NCBI GenBank assembly: GCA_963806225.1
Contig: CAWDXG010000004.1
Coordinates: 2,528,001 to 2,592,000, forward strand
Source of the DNA: an uncultured delta proteobacterium
GTDB lineage: Bacteria > Myxococcota_A > Polyangia > Polyangiales > Polyangiaceae
Direction: 5' to 3'
Length of the DNA: 64,000 nucleotides
Translations under genes and position numbers: made by a program
Shown here: positions 1-10,108 of the stretch, one piece after another
Layout of the letters: the number at the start of each line of letters is the position of its first letter
How positions within the stretch are numbered: position 1 is the stretch's first letter
Notes under the pieces: model-generated
The model's input: only the letters and a program-made list of their open reading frames with translations
Database searches by the model: none
Told to the model about the DNA's origin: nothing

Positions 1-148
1 GCGTTGCAAGCCAAGCTGCCAAGCTGCGCGACCCAGCTTGGCGACTACTTCATGTCCTACCCGATGTTCGGCGGACTGCTCGCCATCGACGAGAACCGGT
101 ACCTGTAGCGCCCGTCCCCGTCGCGGCCGGATGCGATAGGCTCGGCAC

Positions 149-680
149 ATGCCCATCGACGACGGCGATCTCGGCACCAGCGAGCAGCGGCTGTGGCGGC
201 TGATCGAGGAGCGGACACGACCCGACACGGACACGGCTGCCATCGACCGCCGCATCTTCGATCTGTTCGGGGAGCGCTGGGCACTTTCTCCAGATCATCT
301 ACGAGCAGCGCAAGCTGCTCTTGCCGATCGTGGAGGCGCACGACGGCCCGTTGATCAAGAGCGAGGCGGACAGCTTCCTCCTGCTGTTCCGGCGTCCGGA
401 GCGGGAGCTCGCCTGCGCGATCGCAATGCAGCGCGCATGTGAGCATATCAACGCCCGGCGCAAACCAGAGGAGCAGATCCTGCTGTGCGTCGGCATCGGC
501 TACGGCGACGTGCTGCGCATCGGCGACGGCGACGTTCTGGGGTCGCGAGGTCAATGCCGCCAGCAAGCTCGGCGAGGACACGGCCAAGGCCCGCGAGATC
601 CTCGTCACCGACGACGCGCGCAACGCGCTGAGCGATTTCCCCGGCGTGAGCTTCAGCGCGCGGGAGCAGGCCGTGACCGG
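149..680 (+). pseudogene. Class III adenylate/guanylate cyclase, broken (internal deletion, frameshift, 3' end missing)
   Basis: Pieces in three frames: MPIDD..DLFGERWA | HFLQIIYEQRKLLLPIVE..KSEADSF..CVGIGYGDVLRIGD | WGREVNAASKLGEDTAK..ILVTD. The expected 'MFTDLxGFS' first-Asp motif is absent at ~282. Confidence 0.75.
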
Positions 681-1792
681 TCTGCCAGCTGTCGCCGCGG
701 TTCTCGCTCACGTACAGGTTGCCTGTGGTGCTGCCGAAGGCGAGCGCGTCACCGCTGTTGTCGAGCGCGTGGCGGTACACGACATCGTAGGCGTTCCTCT
801 GCGGCAGACCCTCGCGGAGCTGCTTCCAGCTCTCGCCGCCATCCTCTGTCCGCGCGACGAACAGGCCGCCGTCGATCGCCATGCGCTGGTTGTCGGAGCG
901 GCCCGGAACCAGCCACGCAGTCCTGCCGTCCTTGTCGTCGGCCGCTACCGGGAAACCGAAGTGCACGCCCTGCTCGGGCTTGCTGACCCTGCTCCAGGTC
1001 TTCGCGCCGTCGCTGCTGTAGAAGACGCCGGCGTGGTTCTGCTGCCACAAGTGGTCAGGCTGCCCTTTGCAGAGCTCGATGTAGTGCGCGTCGTGCCCCC
1101 ATTCTGCCGCGGGGTCGGGCAGGTAGTCGTTGAGCATGCCCTTGTTCCTGCCGCGCCAGGTCTTTCCGCCATCCGTCGTCTCGAGCGCGCCCGCCGTGGA
1201 AACCGCCACCAGCACGCGGTCGGGATTGCGCGGATCGACCACCACCGAGTGGATGCCTGGCGCGAACTCGCCGCCCTCGGATGCGGGCGTCCCCATCCAG
1301 TGCGTCGTGCCGGTGCCTTCACCCGCGAACAGGTCGCCGCCACGCGATTCGTGGTTCCAGAGCGGCCGGTTCAGCTCGAACGACTCGCCGCCGTCGCTGC
1401 TGACGAACAGACCACCAGGGATCGTGCCCACATACAGACGCCCCTTCTGCCCGAAGGCCAGATACCAGAGCTTGAGCAGCGTCGCGTCCTTGATGGTGGA
1501 CCCGCTCGAGTTTCCCGTCTCGTCCGGCATCGCCGGGGCGATGTAGCGCGCACCCTCGGGGTACTTGAGCTGCGGCGCGTCCTCCCACGTCTTGCCCTCG
1601 TCGCGCGAGCGCGAGAGCTTGGCGCCCCAGTGGCCGTGGCCGAGCAGCGCCCACACGTGCCGGCGTGCGGGTCGCGCGCGACGAAGTTCGAGCCGGACCG
1701 GCATGCCCCACCAGCGACGGCTCCCAGCGCGCCCCCACCTTGTCGACAATGAACGTCCCTTTCCGCGTCCCGACCAGAATTCTCGTAGCCAC
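676..1792 (-). CDS. BNR/sialidase-like repeat beta-propeller protein (frameshifted near 1655-1700, C-terminus truncated at ~676)
   Basis: ILVGTRKG N-terminus and repeated SxDGGxTW Asp-box motifs (SRDEGKTW, SSDGGESF, TTDGGKTW, SSDGAKTW, TEDGGESW, SENRGDSW). Lies directly downstream of the MoaD-like gene, a common pairing. Confidence 0.8.
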
Positions 1793-1793
1793 C

Positions 1794-2072
1794 TCAACCT
1801 CCACTCAGCGCCTGCAGAATGAACACCCGGGAACCGGGCTCGAGCGGATCGGTCAGCCGCGCTCGATCGGCGATCATCTGGTCTTCGATGAACACGTTGA
1901 CGTGCGTCCTGAGACGCCCGCGCTCGTCGCACACGTAGAACGAGAAGCCGGGCGCGAGCTTCTCCATCTCTGCCACCACCTCGGCGACGTTCTTCGCCTC
2001 GACGACGATGTCCTTCCCCTTCAGGTCGGGGAGGAACTCGAACAGGTGACGTGTGAGCGTGACGTGCGCCAT
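1794..2072 (-). CDS. MoaD/ThiS family ubiquitin-like protein
   Basis: About 92 aa, DERGRLRTHVNVFI, C-terminal LSGG. Confidence 0.9.
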   Translation of the reverse strand: MAHVTLTRHLFEFLPDLKGKDIVVEAKNVAEVVAEMEKLAPGFSFYVCDERGRLRTHVNVFIEDQMIADRARLTDPLEPGSRVFILQALSGG

Positions 2073-2173
2073 CCCCGTCGGGACGATATCCACGACCGGG
2101 GCGGCGCGCTAGCGCGGTGTCTGGGGGCCCATTGTTATGGGGATTTCCACCACCGCGCTCTCTGGGGTGCGCT

Positions 2174-3022
2174 CTACAGCCCGAAAACCCGCTTCGGGTT
2201 GTCGTACAGGATGGCCTGGAGCGTGTCCGGCCGGAGCTCCATCTCGTCGAACTGCTTCAGATAGCGTTCCCAGCTCAAGCCGTTGGAGCCGAACAGCACC
2301 TTCTGCGCGCCGGTCCGCGACTTCATGAAGCCGACGAGCGCGGGGCTGAAGTACTTCGGCAGCCAGGCGCTGACGTTCAGGTACACGTTGGGCCACTTGG
2401 TGGTGACGGCCAGCATCTCGTCGACCCAGGGCCAGCCGGTGTGCGTGCCGACCAGGACCAGCTTGGGGAAGTCGCAGGCGATGCGATCGAGCACCATCGG
2501 GTGGCCGTGCTCGCTCGGCATGGCCTCGAGCACGTGCCCGACCTGCATCTGCACGGGCACGCCCAGCTGCTCGCAGCGCGCGTACAGCGGATACATCTTC
2601 TTGTGATCGAGCGGGATGTCGTAGCCGTAGATGTGGACGTACACGCCCTTGTAGCCGCGCTCCTTGATGTCGGCGTCGAGCTTGTCGAGGCTCTCGCGGA
2701 TGTGGAACGGATCGTAGTCGGCCAGACCGAAGATGCGCCCCGGGTACTTCTTGGTCAGCGCGCTGATCTGCTCGGTCATGTCGAGCGCGAAACGCTCCTG
2801 CCGCATGTACGACCAGGCCAGGAGATCAGTGGCCAGCACCGTCTCGACGCCGGCGTCGTCCATCGCCTTGATCAGCTGCGCGCCGTCGTCGTAGCCGTCG
2901 CCCCAGGCCTGCTCCACCGCGCACTTGAGCTCGCCCGTCGAGTTGGTGGCCTTCACCCAGCTCTGCTTCCACTCCTTCAGGAGCAGCGGGAAGAGACAGT
3001 CGATCGCTCTATACTCGGGCAT
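2174..3022 (-). CDS. Amidohydrolase family 2 protein
   Basis: MPEYRAID.., MDDAGVE, YPLYARCEQLGVPV, GTHTGWPW, KVLFGSN, ILYDNPKRVFGL. SD-like GGAGG upstream. Confidence 0.9.
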   Translation of the reverse strand: MPEYRAIDCLFPLLLKEWKQSWVKATNSTGELKCAVEQAWGDGYDDGAQLIKAMDDAGVETVLATDLLAWSYMRQERFALDMTEQISALTKKYPGRIFGLADYDPFHIRESLDKLDADIKERGYKGVYVHIYGYDIPLDHKKMYPLYARCEQLGVPVQMQVGHVLEAMPSEHGHPMVLDRIACDFPKLVLVGTHTGWPWVDEMLAVTTKWPNVYLNVSAWLPKYFSPALVGFMKSRTGAQKVLFGSNGLSWERYLKQFDEMELRPDTLQAILYDNPKRVFGL

Positions 3023-3127
3023 CGTTCCTCCAGTCGGCTCGAGTGGGGGCACTCGGCGCGGAAGTCTTCGGGGGCCCCGAAAGTATGCGAGCGAATGGGG
3101 CGGGTCAAAGCGTCCCTGTCGGGGGCC

Positions 3128-4663
3128 ATGATATCCATCAAGCAGGTATCGGGGCATGCGAAGCGCACGCCGGACAAGGCCGCGCTGGTTTTCAAGGGCG
3201 ACCGCATCACCTACTCGGCGCTCGACGCGCGCGTGAAGCAGGTCGCCGCGGGGCTCCGGGAAGCGGGCGTGCGCAAGGGCGACCGCGTCGCCGCGCTGCT
3301 GCTCAATTGCCCCGAGGTGCTCGAGCTCCTGATGGCCTGCAACCTTCTGGGCGCGATCTTCCTGCCGGTCAATTTCCGGCTGAGCGCCGAGGAGGTCGCA
3401 TTCATCCTCGAAGACGCGACGCCCGAACTGTTCGCGTTCCAGACGATGTTCGAGCCCATCGCGATCAAGGCGCGGGCCTCGACCCGCGTGCACACCTGGG
3501 TCCGCGTGGGCGACGCGCCCGGCGAAGGCGAGCGCTCGTACAAATCGCTCTACGAGGGCCGGACAACCGCGCTACTGCCCGAGTCGGTCAGCGAAGACGA
3601 CCCGGCGATGATGATGTACACGTCCGGCACCACCGGGCGACCGAAGGGCGCACTGCTCAGCCACGGCAACCTGCTCTGGAACGACGTGCAGGTGCTGCTC
3701 AGCGTGCCCGCCCAGGACGCCGACCTGAACTACTGCGCGGCGCCGCTGTTCCACATCGGCGGCCTCAACGTGCTGACCGGGCCGATGATCTACCGCGGCG
3801 GAACCACCCTCATCGACGACAAGTTCGATCCGGAAGCGACGCTCGAAACACTGGCGCGCGAGAAGGTGACCTGCTCGTTCATGGTGCCCGCCATGTGGGG
3901 CGCGCTGGCCGCGGTACCCGACTTCGACAAATACGACCTGAGCTCGCTGCGCTACTCGATCGTCGGCGGCGCGCCCTGCCCGCTGACCGTGCTCGAGTTC
4001 TACAAGAAGCGCGGCATCCGCTTCCAGGAGGGCTTCGGGTTGACCGAGACCTCGCCCATCGTATGCCTTCTGGCCGCGGAAGACGGCATCCGCAAGAACG
4101 GCAGCGTCGGCCACCCCGCCGCGCACGTCCAGGTGCGCATCGTCGACTACGCGGACAACGACGTGCCGGAAGGCGAGCCGGGCGAGCTGCTGGTGCGCGC
4201 GCCCAACGTGATGCTCGGCTACTGGAACCGCCCGAAGGAAACCGAGCAGGCGCTGCGCGGCGGCTGGTTCCACACCGGCGACCTCGCGCGGCGCGACGAA
4301 GAAGGCTTCATCTACATCGTCGACCGCAAGAAGGACATGGTCATCAGCGGTGGCGAGAACGTCTACTCCGCCGAGGTCGAGCAGGTGCTCTACCGGCACC
4401 CGGCCGTCGCCGAGGTAGCCGTCATCGGCGTGCCGGACGAGCGTTGGGGCGAGGCGATCGTCGCGGTGGTCGCGGCGAAGGAGGGCGAAAAGAGCCCCAC
4501 GCTCGAAGAACTGGCGGCGTTCTGCGAGGGCAAGCTCGCTCATTACAAGCAGCCCCGGCGGGTGGAGAGCGTGAAGGCGCTGCCGCGCAATGCCACCGGC
4601 AAGGTGCTGAAAAACGACCTCCGGGTGATGTTCGGCGGCGCCGAAAGCGCGGTGAAGCGCTAG
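3128..4663 (+). CDS. Long-chain fatty acid-CoA ligase (AMP-binding enzyme)
   Basis: YTSGTTGRPKG, GFGLTE, GWFHTGD, ISGGENVY, LPRNATGKVLK. Confidence 0.93.
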   Translation: MISIKQVSGHAKRTPDKAALVFKGDRITYSALDARVKQVAAGLREAGVRKGDRVAALLLNCPEVLELLMACNLLGAIFLPVNFRLSAEEVAFILEDATPELFAFQTMFEPIAIKARASTRVHTWVRVGDAPGEGERSYKSLYEGRTTALLPESVSEDDPAMMMYTSGTTGRPKGALLSHGNLLWNDVQVLLSVPAQDADLNYCAAPLFHIGGLNVLTGPMIYRGGTTLIDDKFDPEATLETLAREKVTCSFMVPAMWGALAAVPDFDKYDLSSLRYSIVGGAPCPLTVLEFYKKRGIRFQEGFGLTETSPIVCLLAAEDGIRKNGSVGHPAAHVQVRIVDYADNDVPEGEPGELLVRAPNVMLGYWNRPKETEQALRGGWFHTGDLARRDEEGFIYIVDRKKDMVISGGENVYSAEVEQVLYRHPAVAEVAVIGVPDERWGEAIVAVVAAKEGEKSPTLEELAAFCEGKLAHYKQPRRVESVKALPRNATGKVLKNDLRVMFGGAESAVKR

Positions 4664-4856
4664 GCAACCGCGCGAGCGGCGGCTCGGTGCGAAAGCCGGA
4701 GCGACAATGCCAGCGGTATTGCGACCGGCGACGCGCGCGTTCGCATCCCGAGGCGCCGCGCTCTGCAATGCAACGCGCAAAGGCAGAGGGCCAAACGCGA
4801 ACCGGCAGCGGGCGTCCGTCTCCACGCCGGGCAAGCCTGGGGGGCATTGTGCCGGT

Positions 4857-4872
4857 TGGCACGCGCCGTGCA
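4857..4872 (+). promoter_or_regulatory. Putative sigma-54 (-24/-12) promoter for the csbD-like gene
   Basis: TGGCACGCGCCGTGCA fits GG-N10-GC and lies about 75 bp before the ATG. Confidence 0.55.
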
Positions 4873-4946
4873 ACGTCATCCAGGAATACGGGCGGTTCAC
4901 TGGCGCCTCCGCGTTCGGTGCGGTTGTGCCCGGGAAGGAGATGAAA

Positions 4947-5195
4947 ATGCATTGGGAGAATGTCCAGATGAGCTGGCACGAGCTTGGCACCAGCATGAAG
5001 ACGCGATGGAGCAGGCTCACCGATGACGATCTGCAGCGAGCCAACGGCAGGTTGGACGAGCTGGTGCGCGCGCTTCAGCAGCGCTACGGCGTGGGGCACG
5101 AAGACGCGCGGCGTCAGGTGGAGAAGTTCTCCGACGAGGTCGCCGAACGGATGGAGAGCCGTAGGCTATTTTCCCACTCGCCAACGGCGGACTGA
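4947..5195 (+). CDS. CsbD/YjbJ family stress protein
   Basis: W..LGTSMKTRWSRLTDDDL..ANGRLDELVRALQQRYG; SD AAGGAG. Confidence 0.85.
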   Translation: MHWENVQMSWHELGTSMKTRWSRLTDDDLQRANGRLDELVRALQQRYGVGHEDARRQVEKFSDEVAERMESRRLFSHSPTAD

Positions 5196-5316
5196 CCCTC
5201 GCTTCCTGCAGAGGTGTGTCGGGACGCACCATGTGTGGCGATCCGGACAACGCCGCACGCCGGGGGCCATCACACGCTTTGCGCGTCGCGCACGAACGCG
5301 CGCTCCACTCGCAGTG

Positions 5317-5919
5317 CTACGTTCCGCCCAGCCGCGAAAGCAGCGCGTCGACGATCCAGTGCACGTGCTCGCGCCGTTCACGCCGCGGGCCGGCGGCGAG
5401 CGGGTCCTCGCCGCCCCACGCGGCCGACAGCGCAGGCGCGTACAGGTAGTAGTTGTTGACGATACCCGCGAAGCTCACGAAGAATTGACGTGCTGCGAGC
5501 GGCCCCGAGTCGGGCACCAGCCCGCCCAGAATCGCCTGTACGCGTTCGTGGAGCAGCCCCAGCCCACGCGCGATCTGCGACAGATGTGCGGAACCCGATG
5601 TGATCTCCATCTGCACCAGGCGCACGTAGCGATGATGATCCTCGATGAAGTCGAGGTACGCGTCGATGAAGCGGTGCAGGCGTTCGGAGGGATCTCCTCC
5701 GGCTTCCGCAGCCTCCAGCACGCGGGCATGCGCAGCGTAGTAGCGGTCCAGCACCCGCTCGAAGAGATCGTCCTTGCTCTTGTAGTGGTAGAAGACGGAC
5801 GCCTTCTTCACGCCGGCGCGCTCCGCCACGTCCCGCACGCTCACCCCGGAGATGCCGCGCGCCGAGAACAGCTCGTCGGCCGCCTCCAGGATGCGCTCCG
5901 CCGCGTCCTCGCCCGCCAT
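5317..5919 (-). CDS. TetR/AcrR family regulator
   Basis: ILEAADELFSARG..SVRDVAERAGV..FYHYKSKDDL HTH. Confidence 0.93.
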   Translation of the reverse strand: MAGEDAAERILEAADELFSARGISGVSVRDVAERAGVKKASVFYHYKSKDDLFERVLDRYYAAHARVLEAAEAGGDPSERLHRFIDAYLDFIEDHHRYVRLVQMEITSGSAHLSQIARGLGLLHERVQAILGGLVPDSGPLAARQFFVSFAGIVNNYYLYAPALSAAWGGEDPLAAGPRRERREHVHWIVDALLSRLGGT

Positions 5920-5937
5920 GCCGGGGATTCAAGCGCA

Positions 5938-6066
5938 TACTGACCGAACGGTCAACATGATTCGGACTGCCAAGTCTGCGAAAGTCCATGAACATCAAAA
6001 TTACTTGATTTTGCGCTTGCATCTCCCGAATCCTGGGCGTATCTACATTTGACCGATCGGTCAGTA
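5938..6066. promoter_or_regulatory. Two palindromic operators (TGACCGA[A/T]CGGTCA) in a divergent promoter region
   Basis: 5938-5955 TACTGACCGAACGGTCAA and 6049-6066 TTGACCGATCGGTCAGTA match at 17/18 positions in inverted orientation. Confidence 0.8.
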
Positions 6067-6086
6067 CAGGAAAGGGGCAGGGAACC

Positions 6087-7838
6087 ATGCAGCGTGTAGT
6101 CGGTGGCGAAGTGGTGGCGGCAATGCTCGCCCGCGAAGGGGTCACGAAGGTCTTCGGGATCGTCGATGGAACGTACATGGGGCTCTACGCGAGCTTCGCG
6201 AAGTACGGCATCGAGCTGGTCTCGCCGCGGCACGAGACCAGCGCCGCGCACATGGCCGGCGCGTACGCGCGGCTGACCGGCAAGCTCGGCGTGTGCATCG
6301 CCAGCAACGGCCCGGGCGTCGCCAACATCCTGCCCGGCATCGCCGTGGAGAACGGCGAGGGCAACCGCGTGCTCGTCATCACCAGCTCGCGGCGGCAGGG
6401 CATCACCTACCCCGACCGCGGCGGCGCCTTCCAGTACTTCAACCAGATCGGCGTCACGCGCGCCATGACCAAGTGGAGCGGCGCTGTCCCCGACTTCGCG
6501 CGTATCCCGGAGCTCATGCGCCGCGCATTCCGCGTCGCATACCACGGCCGCCCCGGGGTCGTGCACGTCGACGTGCCGGAAAACGTGATGAACGGCGCAT
6601 TCGAAATCGCCGACGACTACCTGCGCGAGCCGCACGAGTACCGGCGCACGGCGCCCATCGCGCCGCCGCACGACGACGTCGCGAAAGCGGCGGACATGCT
6701 CCGCACCGCCAAGCGGCCGCTCATCCACGCAGGCAGCGGCGTGGTGCATGCGCGGGCATACGACGCGCTCGGCAAGCTCGCGGAGCTTCTGCAGGCACCG
6801 GTCAGCACGAGCTGGGGCGCACGCGGCGCCCTCCCGGAACAGAATCCCCTCGCCCTCCCGACGAGCGCGATGGAAGCGCAGAAGGAAGCGCGCACCGCCG
6901 CCGACGTGGTGCTGGTGATCGGCTCGCGCCTGGGCGAGACGGATTGGTGGGGCAAGGCTCCCTACTGGGGCGCGCCCGGCGAGCAACGCTTCATCCAGGT
7001 CGACAGCGATGAGGAAGTGCTCGGCGTGAATCGCCCCACCCAGCTCACCATCCTGGCCGACGCCGGCGCGTTCATGCACGCGCTGGCGCGCGAGCTCGGC
7101 AACAAGACGACCGACGAGACGGTGAAGAAGTCACGTGCGGACCAGCTGGCGAAGCTCGCGGAAATCAAGGCCACTACGCGCAAGGAGCTCGACGCGGCAC
7201 TCGACAACAAGGCCACGCCCATGGGCCCCGCGCACGTGCCGCATACGGCGCGCCGGCTGCTCGACGACAGGGACATCGTGGTCGTCGACGGCGGCAACAC
7301 CGCAGTGTGGAGCCAGTTCTTCTTCGATGTGAGAAAGCCCGGCACCGTGCTCGGCACCTTCAAGCTCGGCATGCTCGGCGCCGGTCCAGGCCAGGCGCTC
7401 GGCGCGCAGATCGCGCATCCCGATCGCCGCGTGATGTGCATCCTGGGCGACGGCGCGATGGGCTTCCACTCGCAGGAGCTGGAGACCGCCGTGCGGAACA
7501 ACCTTCCGGTCGTATTCGTCGTGCTCTGCGACAAGCAGTGGGGCATGGTCAAGCTCACGCAGCAGTTCGCTCTGGGCGGCGTGCGCGAAGTGCTGGGCGT
7601 GGAGGAACAAGGCACGATCAACACGGACTTCTCCGAGATCCGCTTCGACGACCTGGCCCGCGCCATGGGCGCCCACGGCGAGCGTGTCGCCGATCCGGCC
7701 GAGCTCGAGGGCACGCTCAGGCGCGCTCTCGAAGCGAAGAAGCCGGCCGTCGTGCATGTGGACGTCGACCCGATGCTGCACCTGTGGGCGCCCGGTCTGC
7801 AGGCGTTCAAGGACATGCACCAGGAGCCGGCGGGGTGA
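6087..7838 (+). CDS. Thiamine pyrophosphate-dependent enzyme (acetolactate synthase / 2-hydroxyacyl-CoA lyase-like)
   Basis: RHETSAAHMAGAYARLTG, GPGVAN, GDGAMGF..ELETAVR. Confidence 0.9.
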   Translation: MQRVVGGEVVAAMLAREGVTKVFGIVDGTYMGLYASFAKYGIELVSPRHETSAAHMAGAYARLTGKLGVCIASNGPGVANILPGIAVENGEGNRVLVITSSRRQGITYPDRGGAFQYFNQIGVTRAMTKWSGAVPDFARIPELMRRAFRVAYHGRPGVVHVDVPENVMNGAFEIADDYLREPHEYRRTAPIAPPHDDVAKAADMLRTAKRPLIHAGSGVVHARAYDALGKLAELLQAPVSTSWGARGALPEQNPLALPTSAMEAQKEARTAADVVLVIGSRLGETDWWGKAPYWGAPGEQRFIQVDSDEEVLGVNRPTQLTILADAGAFMHALARELGNKTTDETVKKSRADQLAKLAEIKATTRKELDAALDNKATPMGPAHVPHTARRLLDDRDIVVVDGGNTAVWSQFFFDVRKPGTVLGTFKLGMLGAGPGQALGAQIAHPDRRVMCILGDGAMGFHSQELETAVRNNLPVVFVVLCDKQWGMVKLTQQFALGGVREVLGVEEQGTINTDFSEIRFDDLARAMGAHGERVADPAELEGTLRRALEAKKPAVVHVDVDPMLHLWAPGLQAFKDMHQEPAG

Positions 7839-8794
7839 GCGCGCGCCCGGCGGTGCTCGTAACCGGCGCGGCGGGCTACATCGGCGGTCTCACGATTGCG
7901 GCGCTCTCCCGGCGCCGCGACGAGCTATCCGCGCTGGTGGCCCTCGACGTGAAGGACGCGGCGGACAAGCTCGACGGCGTCGACTACGTCACGCTGAGCG
8001 TCACCGACGACAAGCTCGCCCAGGTCATCGAGCAGCACGGCGTGGATACCGTCGTGCACCTGGCTTCGGTCGTGCGCCCGCCGAAGCACGGCGGCGACGA
8101 CCTCGCCTACCAGGTCGACGTGCTCGGCACGAAGAACGTGCTGGAAGCCTGCGTGGACAAGGGTGTGCGCCGCCTGATCGTGACCAGCAGCGGCGCGGCC
8201 TATGGCTACCACGCGGACAGCCCGCCCTGGCTCACCGAAGACGACCCGGTGCGCGGCAACGAGAGCTTCGCCTACTCCTGGAACAAGCAACTGATCGAGG
8301 AGATGCTCGCGGACTACCGCAGGACCCATCCGGAGCTCGCCCAGCTCGTCTTCCGCCCCGGCACGGTGATCGGCGAGACCGTCTCGAGCCCGGTCACCGA
8401 CCTGTTCGAGAAGCCCGTGGTGCTCGGCGTGCGGGGCTTCGATTCGCCGTTCGTGTTCATCTGGGACGACGACGTGGTCGAGTGCCTCGAGCGGGGCGTG
8501 TTCGGCGAGCAGACCGGCATCTACAACCTGGCCGGCGACGGTGCGCTCACGCCGCGCGAGATCGCCCGGCTGCTCGGAAAGCCGTACCTGCCGCTGCCGG
8601 CGAGCGCGATCACGCTCGCATTGTCGGCGCTGCAGCGCCTGGGAAGGAGTGCACGGGGCCCGGAGCAGATCGACTTCCTGCGCTACCGGCCGGTGCTGTC
8701 GAACCGCCGGCTGAAGGCCGAGTTCGGCTACACGCCGCGCTACTCGTCGCGCGAGGCGTTCCAGAAGTACGCCGCGCACAAGGCACACTCATGA
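7835..8794 (+). CDS. Extended SDR / NAD-dependent epimerase-dehydratase
   Basis: VTGAAGYIG, TSSGAAYG, YSWNK. GTG start overlaps the upstream TGA. Confidence 0.88.
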   Translation: MSARPAVLVTGAAGYIGGLTIAALSRRRDELSALVALDVKDAADKLDGVDYVTLSVTDDKLAQVIEQHGVDTVVHLASVVRPPKHGGDDLAYQVDVLGTKNVLEACVDKGVRRLIVTSSGAAYGYHADSPPWLTEDDPVRGNESFAYSWNKQLIEEMLADYRRTHPELAQLVFRPGTVIGETVSSPVTDLFEKPVVLGVRGFDSPFVFIWDDDVVECLERGVFGEQTGIYNLAGDGALTPREIARLLGKPYLPLPASAITLALSALQRLGRSARGPEQIDFLRYRPVLSNRRLKAEFGYTPRYSSREAFQKYAAHKAHS

Positions 8795-9579
8795 AGAGCT
8801 TTTCGGACAAGGTCGTGGTGGTCACGGGCGGAGCGGGCGGCATCGGGCGTGCGCTCTGCCGGCGTTTTCTGCGGGCCGGCGCGCACGTCGCCGCGCTGGA
8901 TCTCGACGCCGAAGCGCTTTCGGAAATCGAGAGCGAGGGCGTGCTCGCGCTCCGCTGCGACGTCACGAATGCGGAGGACTGCGAACGCGCCGCCGGCGCT
9001 GTGCGCGAGCGCTGGGGCGGCATCGACGTACTCATCAACAATGCCGGGCTCGTGCACCGCAGCAGCTTCCGCGACACCGACGTGAGCGTGTTCCGCCGCG
9101 TCATGGAAGTGAACTATTTCGGTTCGCTGAACGTCACCAAGGCCGCACTCGAGTCGCTGATCGCGCGGCGCGGGCTGATCATCGTGACTTCGAGCATCGC
9201 CGGGCTGGTGCCGCTCTACGGCCGCAGCGGCTACTCGGCGAGCAAGCACGCGCTGCACGGTCTGTTCGAGACGCTGCGCTCCGAGCTGGAACCCGACGTG
9301 GGCGTGCTCATGGTGTGCCCGTCCTTCACCCAGAGCGGCTTCGAACAGCGCGCGCTCGACGCCCACGGCGGTCGCGTCACCCGCGGGCGCTCACGTGTTG
9401 GCGGCGAAGCGACGCCCGAGAGCGTCGCCGACGCCGTCTTCGACGCAGCCGCCAACAATCGCCGACTGCTCGTGCTGTCGCCAGTCGGCAAGCTCGCCGT
9501 GTGGCTGTCGCGCGTCGCGCCCGCGCTCTACCAGCGGAACATGGTGAGAAAGCTCGCGAACGAGCTGGGCCAGAGCTAG
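8791..9579 (+). CDS. Short-chain dehydrogenase/reductase
   Basis: TGGAGGIG, NNAG, YSASK. ATGA overlap with the upstream gene. Confidence 0.92.
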   Translation: MKSFSDKVVVVTGGAGGIGRALCRRFLRAGAHVAALDLDAEALSEIESEGVLALRCDVTNAEDCERAAGAVRERWGGIDVLINNAGLVHRSSFRDTDVSVFRRVMEVNYFGSLNVTKAALESLIARRGLIIVTSSIAGLVPLYGRSGYSASKHALHGLFETLRSELEPDVGVLMVCPSFTQSGFEQRALDAHGGRVTRGRSRVGGEATPESVADAVFDAAANNRRLLVLSPVGKLAVWLSRVAPALYQRNMVRKLANELGQS

Positions 9580-9890
9580 CGCGTCGGCAGCTCCGCGACG
9601 GGCGTCGACGCGTCGAGGTACTTCTTCAGCTTGCCGGTGAGGTAGTCCTTGGCCTTGCCGCGCCAGAGCATACCCGGGTCCTCGCCGGAGAAGCGCACGC
9701 TCTTTTCGCCCACGTCGACGGCGCCCTCGATGCTGACGACCATGTACTTGCCGCGGATGTTCGCGCGGTCGTCGCCGTCCCAGGTCACGTTGATGCCGTG
9801 CTTGTTCTGGAGGTAGTCGCCGAGCGCGTGGATGCGGGCGCGGGCGTCCTCGATGGGCAGGCTGTGCGGATAGTCGATCTCGAAGGCCAT
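9576..9890 (-). CDS. Putative polyhydroxyalkanoate-system (PHA_gran_rgn-like) protein
   Basis: About 104 aa; IDYPHSLPIEDARARI..HGINVTWDGD pattern. Confidence 0.7.
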   Translation of the reverse strand: MAFEIDYPHSLPIEDARARIHALGDYLQNKHGINVTWDGDDRANIRGKYMVVSIEGAVDVGEKSVRFSGEDPGMLWRGKAKDYLTGKLKKYLDASTPVAELPTR

Positions 9891-10050
9891 GACGACGGCG
9901 ACCGTACTACGTGCCCTTCGACGAAAGCGAGCCGCGGCGGAGGCCAGCCGAGACCGCTCGCGTCCCGACTCACACCACCTCCCGCCAAGCGCCTGTTTTC
10001 GCCTCCAAGCTCCGCTTGGCGCCATTTCCAGGCACCCAGCGCGCCACCGC

Positions 10051-10091
10051 TTGACACCACTGCCCCTCAGTGGTCTAGTGGCTGAGCCACT
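10051..10091 (+). promoter_or_regulatory. Promoter/operator of the GntR gene
   Basis: TTGACA at 10051; inverted repeat ACCACTG/CAGTGGT at 10056-10074; palindrome AGTGGCT-G-AGCCACT at 10077-10091. Confidence 0.6.
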
Positions 10092-10108
10092 GGTTCACCG
10101 GGTAACCC

